A stretch of 64,000 nucleotides of DNA from Candidatus Limnocylindrales bacterium (lineage in GTDB: Bacteria; Chloroflexota; Limnocylindria; QHBO01): assembly GCA_035540715.1 (NCBI GenBank), contig DATLGA010000034.1, positions 10,580 to 74,579 of the forward strand, given 5' to 3'. Positions 36,901 to 47,298 of this stretch are shown piece after piece (the stretch's first letter is position 1; each line of letters starts with the position of its first letter). The notes beneath the pieces are model-generated. The model was not told where the DNA came from. It ran no database searches and saw nothing but the letters and a program-made list of their open reading frames with translations. A program made the translations under genes and the position numbers.

Positions 36901-37568
36901 TGGAGCTCAGCTTCTTCGACTCGCTCCGGCTGGCGATCGCTGTCGGCCTGACCATCTTCATGGTTCTGCTGCGGTTCGACTCGGAGCGGATCATCCGATC
37001 GGACTACTTCCGCTACCGCACGCCCTGGATGGGCCCGGTCAGCTACTACATCCTCGTCATCGGCTTCGCCGTCGGGATCGCCCTCATCCTGCCGTCCGGC
37101 CGCGAGCAGCTGTTCATGACCGGCGGCGCCACCGACGAGATGCTGCCCATCATGCTCGTCTTCGTGCTCGTCGCGCTGCTGAACGCCGCGGCGCTCGCGT
37201 TCCTTCGCTTCGGAAGCATCCTGCCGCTGCCGCTCGAGCTGCTCCCCTCGCGGGTCCTCGGAGCCGCCTCGAACGCGATCAGCGAAGAGCTCCAGTTCCG
37301 ATCCGTCGTGCTCGGCATGCTGCTGTTCGCCGGAGTGCCGGCGGGGTGGGCGATCGCCATCCAGGCGCTGCTGTATGGGTTCGCCCACCGACGCCTGTGG
37401 CGCGACCGCGACTGGTACTTCCTCCTGGGCTCGGTCCTCCTGGGCTGGGCGGCCGGGGTGGTGACCGTCGAGACCGGCTCGGTCATCCCGGCCGTCGTCG
37501 GCCACTTCGCCGTCACGATGTCGCTGTTCGCGTTCGCCGGAGGGCGCCTGCGCCAGCGTCCGATCTAG
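36900..37568 (+). CDS. CPBP family intramembrane glutamic endopeptidase (CAAX protease-like)
   Basis: GTG overlaps the lepA TAG. Multi-TM, with motifs EELQFRS and FAHRR/HFAVT. Confidence 0.8.
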   Translation: MELSFFDSLRLAIAVGLTIFMVLLRFDSERIIRSDYFRYRTPWMGPVSYYILVIGFAVGIALILPSGREQLFMTGGATDEMLPIMLVFVLVALLNAAALAFLRFGSILPLPLELLPSRVLGAASNAISEELQFRSVVLGMLLFAGVPAGWAIAIQALLYGFAHRRLWRDRDWYFLLGSVLLGWAAGVVTVETGSVIPAVVGHFAVTMSLFAFAGGRLRQRPI

Positions 37569-37701
37569 GCCGATGCGGCCGTGGGGAGGCGGCTACCGAG
37601 CCGCACGCCACGCCTGCGGCGCGCCGGCCGGCTCGCACGCCGCCGAACCCTGAGCCGCCTCGGGTCCAGGACGGTCGACGGATCGGGCCTAGACTCTCGC
37701 G

Positions 37702-38859
37702 ATGGAGCCGGCGTCGCACCACCTGTACGTCCACGTGCCGTTCTGCCGCCTGGTGTGCGCGTATTGCGACTTCGTGACCGTCGGTGGCCGGGCGGCGGAG
37801 ATCCCGCGCTACGTCGACGCGCTGGTGAAGGAGCTCGAGCTGCGGCCGGCCCCCGGCGAGCTGCGGACGATCTACTTCGGTGGCGGCACCCCGTCGCTGC
37901 TCGACGGAACCGCGGTGACCCGCGTGGTCGAGGCGGCTCGGACGCAGTGGGACGAGGCTCTCGAGGAGGTGACGGTCGAGGCCAACCCGAGCGCACGCGA
38001 GCGGCCGGATTGGGAGGGTCTGCGGCGCGCCGGCGTGACGCGCATCAGCCTCGGCATCCAGTCGCTTCGGGACGATGAGCTCCGCGCGCTGGCGAGAGGA
38101 CAGACGGCGGCCGAAGGGGCCGCCGCATTCGTCGCGGCTCGCCGCGCCGGCTTCGAGAACATCAGTATCGACCTCATCTACGGCATCCCCGGTCAGTCCC
38201 TGGACGCGTGGGCCGGCGGGCTCGAGGCGGCGATCGAGCTCGGCCCCGAGCACCTCAGCCTCTATGCGCTGCAGCTGGCCCTCGCGCCCGACGAGTGGGC
38301 CGCGCCTCCACGCCGAGGGGCGCTCCGCTGGCGCCGGCGGGTGGCGGAGCTGCAGGACGACGGCCTGGCGGCGGAACAGTACCGGCTCGCCGAGGATCGG
38401 CTCGCGGACGCCGGCTACCACCACTACGAGCTGAGCTCGTGGGCGCGACCCGGATCGGAGTCTCGCCATAACGCGGCGTACTGGTCACGTCGCGCGTACA
38501 CCGGCATCGGCGCCGGGGCGCATTCGTACGACGGCGGGACGCAGCGCTCGTGGAATGTTCGAGAGCTGGATGCCTACCTGGCTGCCGTCGAGCGCGCCCA
38601 GCGCCCGATCGCCGACCGGGAACGTCTCGATGAGGCGACGCGGGCATTCGAGGCGATCGCGTTGGGGCTGCGGCGCGTCGACGGCGTGGCGCGCGCCGAG
38701 TTCCGAGCGGAGTTCGGGACGGATCCGATCGTGCGATTCGAGCATGCCGTCGCGGACGGACGCGAGCGCGGGCTGCTCGCGGTCGATGCGGATCGGCTCC
38801 GTCTCACGCCAGCCGGCCGCCTCTTCGCGAACGACGCGCTGGCGCCGTTCGCTCCCTAG
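37702..38859 (+). CDS. hemW: radical SAM heme chaperone HemW (HemN-like)
   Basis: HLYVHVPFCRLVCAYCDF (CxxxCxxC). It holds the conserved position after lepA. The ATG lies 6 nt after TAGACT 37690..37695. Confidence 0.9.
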   Translation: MEPASHHLYVHVPFCRLVCAYCDFVTVGGRAAEIPRYVDALVKELELRPAPGELRTIYFGGGTPSLLDGTAVTRVVEAARTQWDEALEEVTVEANPSARERPDWEGLRRAGVTRISLGIQSLRDDELRALARGQTAAEGAAAFVAARRAGFENISIDLIYGIPGQSLDAWAGGLEAAIELGPEHLSLYALQLALAPDEWAAPPRRGALRWRRRVAELQDDGLAAEQYRLAEDRLADAGYHHYELSSWARPGSESRHNAAYWSRRAYTGIGAGAHSYDGGTQRSWNVRELDAYLAAVERAQRPIADRERLDEATRAFEAIALGLRRVDGVARAEFRAEFGTDPIVRFEHAVADGRERGLLAVDADRLRLTPAGRLFANDALAPFAP

Positions 38860-39389
38860 CGGCGGCGGGGCAGGAGCGCCGCGTACAGCATCGATCCGAC
38901 GGCCCCGGCGAGCAGGTCGTTCACGGTGTCCCACGTTCCGCGCACGTTGCGGAGGTCGAACAGCACGTCCGAGTAGTACTCCTGCGCCTCCAGCCCGATG
39001 TGCCCGAGCTGCGCCACGCCGACGGCCGAGAGTGGCGGAAGGTCGAGGAGCTCGGCCGCGGCCACCGTGAAGGCCCCCGTTCCGTGCGCGTGCGGAATCG
39101 CATCGAAGTACATGAAGCGGTCGTACAGGTCGAAGTAGTTGCCCGCCAGGTCGAGGGCGAAGATCGATAGGTAGAGATTGTCGACGCCGACCGGGTAGGG
39201 CCGTCGCTTGCGCGCGGGATGGAGCTGCGCGACGGGGAAGAGGAGCGACGCCGGGATCATGACCAGCCCCCGCGGGCCGATCGCCTTGTCGCGGTACCGC
39301 GGGTCGTTCGGGCGTCGGAGCGCGTCGACCAGCACGGCCGCGATGACCCCGCGCAGAGACAGGTTGACGAGCCAGCCGAGGATGCGCAT
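38856..39389 (-). CDS. hypothetical membrane protein
   Basis: 177 aa starting MRILGWLVNLSLRGVIAAVLV. The ATG lies 5 nt after a minus-strand TAGCAT. The track start at 39551 was rejected because it would cross CIRCE and the hrcA start. Confidence 0.6.
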   Translation of the reverse strand: MRILGWLVNLSLRGVIAAVLVDALRRPNDPRYRDKAIGPRGLVMIPASLLFPVAQLHPARKRRPYPVGVDNLYLSIFALDLAGNYFDLYDRFMYFDAIPHAHGTGAFTVAAAELLDLPPLSAVGVAQLGHIGLEAQEYYSDVLFDLRNVRGTWDTVNDLLAGAVGSMLYAALLPRRR

Positions 39390-39496
39390 ACCCCATGCTA
39401 CCCGGCCGACGAATCCGCTCGGGCCCCACCGGCCCCAAGCGCCGGTTCGCGTTGACACCCCTTCGACGGCGGCGGTACCATGCACGCAGCCCAGTA

Positions 39497-39523
39497 CTGG
39501 CACTCTCCCCATGAGAGTGCCAA
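39497..39523. promoter_or_regulatory. CIRCE (HrcA operator) upstream of hrcA
   Basis: CTGGCACTC-N9-GAGTGCCAA versus the consensus TTAGCACTC-N9-GAGTGCTAA. It lies 20 nt before the SD/ATG of hrcA. Confidence 0.85.
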
Positions 39524-39543
39524 CGTGATCCCACGGAGGGGAG

Positions 39544-40647
39544 ATGACCAAGCACGACCAGCGTCTCGAGGCGGGCGCGTCGAGCCGGCCGGCCCTCGAG
39601 CTGACCGATCGGCAGCGCTCGATCCTGCGCGCCGTGGTCGAGGACTACGTGCTGACCGCGGTACCTGTCGGATCGAAGGCGCTCGTCAGCCGATACCGGC
39701 TGGGCGTGTCGCCGGCCACGGTGCGCAGTGCCATGGCGGAGCTGGAGGCCATGGGCCTGCTCTCCCATCCGCACACGAGCGCCGGCCGAGTCCCCTCGGA
39801 CCTGGGATACCGGCTCTACGTGGAGTCGCTGATGCGCGAGGCCGAGCTGGATCACGCCGACCAGCTCATGATCCGGCACCAGTTCAGCCAGGTGCAGCTG
39901 ACGAGCAACGAATGGCTCCGGCTCGCCGCATCGATCCTCGCGGGCAGCACCCACTCCGCGTCGGTCGTGACGCCGGCACGATCGCGGCGGGCTCGCTTCG
40001 GGCACGTCCAGCTGGTAGCGCTGGCCGACGGCACACGGCTCCTCGTGCTCGTGCTCGCGGACGGCAATGTCGTCCAGCGGCGGCTCGATCGGGTGGCGCT
40101 CGAGCGCCGGCTGCCCGACGTCACGCTCGACCAGCCGAGTCTCGACCTTGCCGCCGGCACGCTGAACCGGGAGCTGTCGGGCCTGTCCGGGCCGCAGGTC
40201 CGCCGCCGAGCGGCCAAGCTGCCGGGCGCGGCGGCGCCGATCGCGGAAACCGTGGCCGCGCTCCTCGACGAGGCCGACTCGGTCGTCGTCGAGGACGTCT
40301 TCACCGACGGCATCATCCACGTGCTCGAGCAGCCGGAGTTCGCCGAGGGGTCGAAGCTGCGGCCGATCCTCGAGGTGATTCAGCGCTCCGACTTCCTCCA
40401 GCAGCTTCTGCCGGTTCTCACGCGTCACGGCGGCGTTCACGTGATCATCGGCCGGGAGAACATGAACGACGCGATGCACGAGGTCAGCCTCGTCTTCGCG
40501 CCGTACGGCAGCCCGGGTGCGGCACTCGGCATGCTGGGTGTCCTCGGACCGACCCGCATGCCGTATCCGCGGGCGATCCCCACCGTGCGGTACCTGTCGA
40601 CCCTCATGAACGAGCTGATCAGCAGCCACTACGGCGAGACCCAATGA
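39544..40647 (+). CDS. hrcA: heat-inducible transcription repressor HrcA
   Basis: LTDRQRSILRAVVEDYVLTAVPVGSKAL. GGAGGGGAG SD. Confidence 0.95.
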   Translation: MTKHDQRLEAGASSRPALELTDRQRSILRAVVEDYVLTAVPVGSKALVSRYRLGVSPATVRSAMAELEAMGLLSHPHTSAGRVPSDLGYRLYVESLMREAELDHADQLMIRHQFSQVQLTSNEWLRLAASILAGSTHSASVVTPARSRRARFGHVQLVALADGTRLLVLVLADGNVVQRRLDRVALERRLPDVTLDQPSLDLAAGTLNRELSGLSGPQVRRRAAKLPGAAAPIAETVAALLDEADSVVVEDVFTDGIIHVLEQPEFAEGSKLRPILEVIQRSDFLQQLLPVLTRHGGVHVIIGRENMNDAMHEVSLVFAPYGSPGAALGMLGVLGPTRMPYPRAIPTVRYLSTLMNELISSHYGETQ

Positions 40648-41225
40648 CTGACGAACCGACCAACGGCGGCGCCAAGCCGCAGACGAAGACCCGCGCCCAG
40701 GAGCGTGCCGAGGCGGTGAAGACGCCCTCGCGGCTCGAGCTGGCCGAGCGTATCGAGAGCCTCGAACGCGAGCTGGCCGAGACGCGCGCGAAGGCAGAGG
40801 AGCACCTCTACAACTGGCAGCGCTCGGCGGCGGACTTCAGCAACTACAAGCGACGGACCGACGAGGAGCGGGCGACTGCGACGCGGTTCAGCACGGCCAT
40901 GCTGATCGGCAAGCTGCTCGCCGTCCTCGACGACTTCGATCGCGCCCTCGAGAACGTCCCACCCGACGCGCGGGACCCGTGGATCGAGGGCGTCCAGCTC
41001 GTGGAGCGCAAGCTGCGCGGCGTCCTCGAATCGGAGGGCGTGACCCCCATCGAGGCCCTCGGCCAGCCGTTCGACCCGAACCTCCACGAGGCGGTGGCCC
41101 ACGAGGAGACCACCGAGCACGCAGACAACGAAGTGATCGGCGAGGTACAGCGCGGCTATCGGCTGCACGACCGGGTTCTCCGGCCGAGCCTCGTCCGAGT
41201 GGCGAACAACCCGAAGGAGCAGTAA
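40644..41225 (+). CDS. grpE: nucleotide exchange factor GrpE
   Basis: ATGA overlap with hrc[15 protein letters not shown]...FDPNLHEAV. Confidence 0.95.
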   Translation: MTDEPTNGGAKPQTKTRAQERAEAVKTPSRLELAERIESLERELAETRAKAEEHLYNWQRSAADFSNYKRRTDEERATATRFSTAMLIGKLLAVLDDFDRALENVPPDARDPWIEGVQLVERKLRGVLESEGVTPIEALGQPFDPNLHEAVAHEETTEHADNEVIGEVQRGYRLHDRVLRPSLVRVANNPKEQ

Positions 41226-41232
41226 CGGACCC

Positions 41233-43161
41233 ATGGGCAAGATCATCGGCATCGACCTGGGCACGACGAACTCGGTCGTGGCCGTCATGGAAGGCGGAGA
41301 GCCCCAGGTCATCACGAACGCGGAAGGCGGTCGCATCACCCCGTCGGTCGTCGCCTTCGCCAAGAGCGGGGAGCGGCTCGTCGGCCAGGTGGCGAAGCGC
41401 CAGGCGATCACCAATCCTGAAAACACCATCTTCAGCATCAAGCGCTTCATGGGGCGTCGATTCGACGACCCCGAGGTGCAGCGCAGCAAGGGCCTCGTCC
41501 CGTACGAGGTCATGAAGGACCCGAAGTCGGACGGCGTCGTGGTCAAGCTCGCCAACGACAAGCAGTTCAGCCCGCCGGAGATCAGCGCCATGATCCTCCA
41601 GAAGCTGAAGGGGGACGCGGAGGCGTACCTCGGCGAGAAGGTCACCGAGGCGGTCATCACGGTCCCGGCGTACTTCGACGATACCCAGCGCCAGGCGACG
41701 AAGGACGCCGGTCGCATCGCCGGCCTCGACGTGAAGCGCATCGTCAACGAGCCGACCGCATCGGCCCTGGCGTATGGGCTTGACAAGGAGAAGGACGAGA
41801 AGATCGCCGTCTACGACCTTGGTGGCGGCACCTTCGACATCAGCATCCTCGAGCTGTCCGAGGGCGTCTTCGAGGTTCGCTCGACGAACGGCGACACGCA
41901 CCTCGGCGGTGACGACTTCGACCAGCGCATCATCGACTGGCTCGGCGAGGAGTTCCGCAAGGCCGAGGGGATCGACCTCACGAAGGACCGGATCGCCCTC
42001 CAGCGCCTCAAGGAGGCAGCCGAGAAGGCGAAGATCGAGCTGTCGAGCACGACCTCGACCGAGATCAACCTGCCCTTCATCAGCGCCGATGCCTCCGGGC
42101 CGAAGCACCTCGTCATGACCCTGACGCGCGCCAAGCTCGAGGACCTGGTCGCGGACCTCATCAACAAGACCGCCGACCCGGTGAAGAAGGCGCTGGCCGA
42201 TGCCGGCATGCAGCCGGGCGACATCGACGAGGTGATCCTCGTCGGGGGCATGACCCGCATGCCCGCCGTCGTCGAGGCGGTCAAGAAGATGTTCAACGGC
42301 AAGGAGCCGCACAAGGGCGTCAACCCCGACGAGGTGGTGGCGGTCGGCGCGGCGATCCAGGCCGGCGTCCTCGGCGGCGAGGTCAAGGACGTCCTCCTGC
42401 TCGACGTGACGCCCCTGTCGCTCGGCATCGAGACCATGGGCGGCGTGGCGACGAAGATGATCAACCGCAACACGACGATCCCGACGTCGCACACGCAGAT
42501 CTTCTCGACGGCCTCCGACAACCAGCCGTCGGTCGACATCGTCGTGCTCCAGGGCGAGCGCGAGATGGCCGCCGACAACAAGAAGCTGGCGACCTTCCGC
42601 CTCGACGGCATCCCGCCGGCCCCGCGCGGCGTGCCCCAGATCGAGGTCACCTTCGACATCGACGCGAACGGCATCCTCAACGTGACCGCCAAGGACAAGG
42701 CCACGAACAAGGAGCAGAAGGTGGCGATCACGGCCTCCTCGATGCTCGCCAAGGAGGACGTGGACCGCATGGTTCGCGAGGCCGCCGAGCATGCCGAGGA
42801 GGACCGGGCACGCCGCGCGGCCACCGAGTCCCGCAACGAGGCCGATGCCCTCGTCTACCAGGGCGAGCGGCTGCTCAAGGACCTCGACGACAAGCTGTCG
42901 GACGAGGACAAGGCCGAGGTGAACGCCCGCATCGAGGCGGTGCGGGAGGCGCTCAAGGGCGACGACTCCGGAGCCGTCGACTCGACGAAGGGGCAGCTCG
43001 CCGAGGTGCTCCAGCGGGTCGGCACGAAGGCCTACGAGGCGACCGGCGGCGGCGAGGGAAACGGTGCCGATGGCGGCGCGCCGGGTGGCGAGGCGGGCGA
43101 CGCCGAACCTGCCTCCGAGGACGAGGGCGAGACGATCGAGGGCGAGTACAAGGAGGTCTGA
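41233..43161 (+). CDS. dnaK: molecular chaperone DnaK (Hsp70)
   Basis: [45 protein letters not shown]. Confidence 0.97.
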   Translation: MGKIIGIDLGTTNSVVAVMEGGEPQVITNAEGGRITPSVVAFAKSGERLVGQVAKRQAITNPENTIFSIKRFMGRRFDDPEVQRSKGLVPYEVMKDPKSDGVVVKLANDKQFSPPEISAMILQKLKGDAEAYLGEKVTEAVITVPAYFDDTQRQATKDAGRIAGLDVKRIVNEPTASALAYGLDKEKDEKIAVYDLGGGTFDISILELSEGVFEVRSTNGDTHLGGDDFDQRIIDWLGEEFRKAEGIDLTKDRIALQRLKEAAEKAKIELSSTTSTEINLPFISADASGPKHLVMTLTRAKLEDLVADLINKTADPVKKALADAGMQPGDIDEVILVGGMTRMPAVVEAVKKMFNGKEPHKGVNPDEVVAVGAAIQAGVLGGEVKDVLLLDVTPLSLGIETMGGVATKMINRNTTIPTSHTQIFSTASDNQPSVDIVVLQGEREMAADNKKLATFRLDGIPPAPRGVPQIEVTFDIDANGILNVTAKDKATNKEQKVAITASSMLAKEDVDRMVREAAEHAEEDRARRAATESRNEADALVYQGERLLKDLDDKLSDEDKAEVNARIEAVREALKGDDSGAVDSTKGQLAEVLQRVGTKAYEATGGGEGNGADGGAPGGEAGDAEPASEDEGETIEGEYKEV

Positions 43162-43195
43162 GCCTCCCTCGCTCGGCTCCTTCTGACCGCCACAC

Positions 43196-43221
43196 GAGGC
43201 CGGGCCTTCGGGCCCGGCCTC
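43196..43221 (+). terminator. hairpin after dnaK
   Basis: GAGGCCGGGCC-TTCG-GGCCCGGCCTC (11-bp stem, TTCG loop) lies 35 nt after the stop. There is no clear U-tract. Confidence 0.55.
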
Positions 43222-43309
43222 GTTCGCTGCCTCCGTCCAGTCGCGGGCGCCGCTCGACCGTCTGAGGACCCGAGCCAGGTGGACCGCTCGGCGGTTCGCA
43301 TGCGACGCC

Positions 43310-43501
43310 GTCCGGATTCACGCCAGGTGACCATCGCTTGTCCCTGGGGTCGCGAAGCGTTCGGATTCACATGAGGTGACCGTTACCTCGGCACACGCGC
43401 CGCGAGCCGTTCGGATTCAGATGAGGTGACCGCCAGAGGGGCTTGCGTGACGTCTCGCGGTGAGCGGGGGCGCGTAACGATCACCTGGCGTGAATTCGTA
43501 C
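43310..43501. repeat. array of four 23-bp dyad-containing repeats (3 direct, 1 inverted)
   Basis: R1 is 43310..43332, GTCCGGATTCACGCCAGGTGACC. R2 is 43359..43381, GTTCGGATTCACATGAGGTGACC. R3 is 43409..43431, GTTCGGATTCAGATGAGGTGACC. R4 is 43479..43501, whose reverse complement reads GTACGAATTCACGCCAGGTGATC. Confidence 0.8.
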
Positions 43502-43629
43502 CGCTCGCCTGGCCGCCGACGCCCGACGACCGGGTCCGGCGCCCGACCCGAGTCGGAGCTCGGCACGCGTCGTGCCGCTGAACGGTCGGCCGCGCGGCGG
43601 CCCACGTCACGTCAGGAGAAGGAGACCGG

Positions 43630-43839
43630 ATGGACCAGCTGGTGAAGGTGGTGCAGGAGCGCACGGGAATCGACGAGTCGCAGGCCCGTACGGCCGTCGA
43701 CACGGTCGTGGGCTTTCTCAAGGATCGGCTGCCCGCGCCGGTCGCCGGCCAGATCGACGGGGTGATCTCCGGCGGTGAATCGCGCGAGGGCGGCTCGCCG
43801 ATGGATCAGGTCAGCGGCATGTTCAACCGCGGCGGCTGA
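43630..43839 (+). CDS. small helical hypothetical protein (69 aa)
   Basis: AGGAGAAGGAG SD. MDQLVKVVQERTGIDESQARTAVDTVVGFLKDRLPAPVAGQIDGVISGG... has good GC3. I recall this as a widely conserved small-protein pattern but cannot name the family. Confidence 0.7.
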   Translation: MDQLVKVVQERTGIDESQARTAVDTVVGFLKDRLPAPVAGQIDGVISGGESREGGSPMDQVSGMFNRGG

Positions 43840-43966
43840 CCGAGCGCGAGGGGAGCGGGCGAGGCCTGCGATGATAAGCGGATCGAGCCCGCTCCCACGA
43901 CGTCCTCGTAAGCGCCGTCTCATCGGTCGATCCTCCCCGGCGACGCGCAGACCCTACCATCGGCGC

Positions 43967-44755
43967 ATGCGGCTGGCGACGTGGAACGTGAACTCGCTCA
44001 AGGCGCGACTCGAGCGCGTGCTGGCCTGGGTCGAGCGCCAACAGCCGGACATCCTGTGCCTCCAGGAGACGAAGCTGTCCGACGCCCAGGCGCCGCTCAT
44101 GGACTTCAGCGCTCTCGGCTACGAGCTCGTCCATCACGGTCCCGGCCGCTGGAACGGCGTGGCGATCGCGTCGCGGATCGGCCTCGCGGACGTGAGCGCG
44201 GGAATGCCGACGCGCGACGGCTGGGTCGACGACGGCGGGCGCTTTCTCGCGGCCACCTGCGGACCGATCCGCGTCGCGAGCATCTACGTCCCGAACGGGC
44301 GGATGGTCGACTCGGAGTTCTATCTCGAGAAGCTCGAGTGGCTGGCGCGGCTCTCGGCCTGGCTCGACGACAACGATCCGTCGACCGAGCTGGCGATCTG
44401 CGGCGACTACAACGTCGCGCCGGAGGACATCGACGTGTGGGATGCGGCTGCCGTCCACGGCGCGACCCACGTCTCGCCGCGTGAGAGAGCCGCGGTGGCG
44501 AAGCTCCGGGAGTGGGGGATGGTCGACGTCGTGCGTCGGTTCCACCCCGAGCGCGACTACTTCACGTGGTGGGACTACCGGGCCGGCCACTTCCACAAGA
44601 ACTTCGGGATGCGGATCGATCATGTCTACGTCTCGCCGCCGCTCGCCGCGCGCGCCGTTGCTGCGGAACGGGATCGCGATGCGCGCAAGCCCTCGACCTA
44701 CCCCGGCATCCCGTCCGACCACGCCCCGCTGATCGTCGACTTCGAGGACCGATGA
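43967..44755 (+). CDS. xthA: exodeoxyribonuclease III (AP endonuclease)
   Basis: MRLATWNVNSLKARL...ILCLQETK...SDHAPLIVDF. The ATG lies 6 nt after TACCAT 43955..43960. Confidence 0.9.
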   Translation: MRLATWNVNSLKARLERVLAWVERQQPDILCLQETKLSDAQAPLMDFSALGYELVHHGPGRWNGVAIASRIGLADVSAGMPTRDGWVDDGGRFLAATCGPIRVASIYVPNGRMVDSEFYLEKLEWLARLSAWLDDNDPSTELAICGDYNVAPEDIDVWDAAAVHGATHVSPRERAAVAKLREWGMVDVVRRFHPERDYFTWWDYRAGHFHKNFGMRIDHVYVSPPLAARAVAAERDRDARKPSTYPGIPSDHAPLIVDFEDR

Positions 44756-44801
44756 TCCGGCGGTCGACTGCTACGTCGACGTCTGGCTCCTCACGCGGTC
44801 C

Positions 44802-46046
44802 TCAGGCGGCCGCTCGCCGTAGGGCGCCGGCGAGGTCGCGCCCGGGCCGGGTTCGTGGCCACGTCACCTTCGTCGCGCCGACGAATTCGCGGTAGGCCTC
44901 GACGGCCTCCCCCAGGGCGCCGATGAAGCCGGCAGCCTCCGTGGGTGCGAAGTCGGGCTCGAACCAGACACCGAGGATGGTCAGCGTCTTCGTCTTGCGG
45001 TCGAGGCGTGGCTCGATGCGTCCGACGAACCGATCACCGAACAGGATGGGCAGGACGTAGTAGCCCCAGCGCCGCTTCTTCTCGGGGACGTAGACCTCCC
45101 ACAGGTAGTCGAAGCCGAAGAGCTCGCGCAGCATGCGGCGATCCCACACGAGCGGGTCGAGCGGGGCCAGGAAGCTCGCGGCCGGCGGTGAACCCGGCGC
45201 CGGAGCGGCGGTAGCCTCGAGGATCGGCTCCTCCTCCGCGACGATGTAGCGCGCCGACTTGAAGCCCTCGACCTCGACCGGGATCAGCGCGCCGCGTTCG
45301 ACCAGCTCGGCGGTCCAGCGCTTCCGCTCCTCGGTCGTGCCGGTGCTGTACATGACCTCGGTCTGGGTGCCGACCGGCGTGGTGAGGCCGACGGCGCGGT
45401 ATCGGCTCAGGAGCCGATGCCGGCGCGCGTCGTCCTCCGACTCGCGCACGTCGATCAGCTCGGGTGGCACGAGGCGCTCGATGAGGTCGTAGTGGCGGCG
45501 GTTTCCCTCCCGCCGGGCGATGCCGATGCGCCCGGTGACGAACAGCGCCTCCATCACCGCACGGCTCGCGCGTGTCGGCGCCCACCACCAGTCGACGGCG
45601 TGGCCGTGCTCGCCGAAGGCCGCGGTTGAGAGAGGTCCGTCCGCCTTCAGGCGCCGCAGGATCGCCTGGGCGACATCGGCCTGCTCGGCCAGGATGCCGT
45701 TGTCGTAGTGCTCGGTGTTGCGCTGCCAGGTGACGCGGTAGTGCGGCAGCTCGCGCATCGGCAGGATGTTCAGGCTCTTGTTGTAGAGCTCGATCAGCTG
45801 GCGATCCGGGCCGTACAGCAGATCCTCGCACCATTCGCGCCGGTAGCCGGAAATGCGGGCGTGCAGGGTCAGGTCGTGGTTGCGAGCGCCGGGCACCTCG
45901 AGCGGGTCGAACTGGAGCAGCCCGAGCCGTTCCACGACGGCCATGACGGACGCCTGCTTCGGGGAGAGCGAGCGTGGCGGCGCGAGCAGGTGGCGCGTCA
46001 CCAGGAAGCGGCGGGCGTGGTCGGCACTGATGGCGAGTGGCGGCAT
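44802..46046 (-). CDS. winged-helix DNA-binding protein of the YcaQ/AlkZ (DUF1006, interstrand-crosslink glycosylase) family
   Basis: 414 aa with ARRFLVTRHLL...VVERLGLLQFDPLEV...RRWGYYVLPILFGDRFVGRIEP. The ATG lies 7 nt after a minus-strand TAGCAT. Confidence 0.85.
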   Translation of the reverse strand: MPPLAISADHARRFLVTRHLLAPPRSLSPKQASVMAVVERLGLLQFDPLEVPGARNHDLTLHARISGYRREWCEDLLYGPDRQLIELYNKSLNILPMRELPHYRVTWQRNTEHYDNGILAEQADVAQAILRRLKADGPLSTAAFGEHGHAVDWWWAPTRASRAVMEALFVTGRIGIARREGNRRHYDLIERLVPPELIDVRESEDDARRHRLLSRYRAVGLTTPVGTQTEVMYSTGTTEERKRWTAELVERGALIPVEVEGFKSARYIVAEEEPILEATAAPAPGSPPAASFLAPLDPLVWDRRMLRELFGFDYLWEVYVPEKKRRWGYYVLPILFGDRFVGRIEPRLDRKTKTLTILGVWFEPDFAPTEAAGFIGALGEAVEAYREFVGATKVTWPRTRPGRDLAGALRRAAA

Positions 46047-46116
46047 CGAGCGGATGCTAGGCGAAGTACTCGCCAGTCGGTGTCAGGAATCCGGCTCTCC
46101 GTATCGGTTCGGCGGG

Positions 46117-46143
46117 CTGGCACTCGCACATTCTGAGTGCCAA
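46117..46143. promoter_or_regulatory. second CIRCE (HrcA operator), upstream of dnaJ
   Basis: CTGGCACTC-N9-GAGTGCCAA has arms identical to the hrcA copy. TATCAT 46148..46153 follows, then ATG 46163. Confidence 0.85.
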
Positions 46144-46162
46144 TTGGTATCATCCGCGCGCC

Positions 46163-47287
46163 ATGGCGGTGAAACGTGATTACTACGACGTGCTCGGCGT
46201 TGCTCGCGACGCGGACGACGGCGAGATCAAGCGTGCCTTCCGGCGGCTTGCTCAGCGCCACCATCCCGACGTCGACAAGGGCAACGGCGCCGAGGAGCGC
46301 TTCAAGGAGATCAACGAGGCGTACCGGGTGCTGTCCGATCGGCAGCGTCGGAGCGCGTACGACATGTTCGGCCACGCCGGCGTCGAGGGTGCCGCGGCGG
46401 GAGGGTTCGAGGGGTTCGGCGGGGGATTCGGTCCGTTCGGCGACATCTTCGACGCGTTCTTCGGCGGTTCGCCCGCCGGCACACGGCGGCGCCAGCGCGT
46501 CGTGCCCGGCTCCGACCTCCGGTATGACCTGACCATCGACTTCGCGGAGGCCGTCTTCGGCGTCACGAAGGAGATCCGGTTCCCCACGCTCGTCGCCTGC
46601 ACCCGCTGCGAGGGAGCGGGCGGCGAGCCCGGGACGGATCCCGAAACGTGCCCCGACTGCAACGGCAGCGGCGAGCAGCGGCGGGTCGCCCAGACGATCC
46701 TGGGCCAGATGGTCAACATCGTCGCCTGTGCGCGCTGCCGCGGTGAGGGTCGGATCATCGCCAGTCCGTGCACCGAGTGCGGTGGCGACGGGCGGGTTCG
46801 CGAGGAACGCACGCTCCAGGTGGAGATCCCGGCCGGCATCGACGACGGCCAGCGGATCGCCATCGAGGGCGAGGGCGAGGCAGGCCCCCGCGGGGGACCC
46901 AACGGCGATCTCTTCGTGGCGGTCAGCGTACGGCCGCACCAGCAGCTGGTGCGGCGCGGCACGGAGCTGTACCACGAGCTGCCGCTCACGTTCCCCCAGG
47001 CGGCGCTCGGAGCGACCGTCACGGTACCGACCGTCGAGGGATCCGAGGAGGTCGAGATCCCGGCGGGCGTGCAGTCCGGCCACGAGATTCGCCTGCGCGC
47101 CAAGGGCGTCCCGCGGCTTCGCGGAGCCGGACGCGGCGACCTGCACGTGGTGGTCACGGTGGTCGTGCCGCAGAAGCTCTCGAAGCGGGAGCGGGAGCTG
47201 CTCGAGGAGCTTGCGGACGTCGGGCAGCCGGCGGTGCTGCCCAAGGGACCGTCGGTGATCGATCGCCTCCGCGACCTGTTCAGCTGA
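46163..47287 (+). CDS. dnaJ: molecular chaperone DnaJ
   Basis: J domain YYDVLGV...HHPD. Four CxxCxGxG repeats ([32 protein letters not shown]). Confidence 0.96.
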   Translation: MAVKRDYYDVLGVARDADDGEIKRAFRRLAQRHHPDVDKGNGAEERFKEINEAYRVLSDRQRRSAYDMFGHAGVEGAAAGGFEGFGGGFGPFGDIFDAFFGGSPAGTRRRQRVVPGSDLRYDLTIDFAEAVFGVTKEIRFPTLVACTRCEGAGGEPGTDPETCPDCNGSGEQRRVAQTILGQMVNIVACARCRGEGRIIASPCTECGGDGRVREERTLQVEIPAGIDDGQRIAIEGEGEAGPRGGPNGDLFVAVSVRPHQQLVRRGTELYHELPLTFPQAALGATVTVPTVEGSEEVEIPAGVQSGHEIRLRAKGVPRLRGAGRGDLHVVVTVVVPQKLSKRERELLEELADVGQPAVLPKGPSVIDRLRDLFS

Positions 47288-47298
47288 CGACAGGACCG

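Noticed and set aside
43310-43431. A mini-CRISPR array (three direct repeats with ~26-27-bp spacers).
   Set aside because: The repeats are only 23 bp and differ from each other. There are only three copies plus one inverted copy. Each is an internal dyad like an operator. No cas genes or leader are present in the window.
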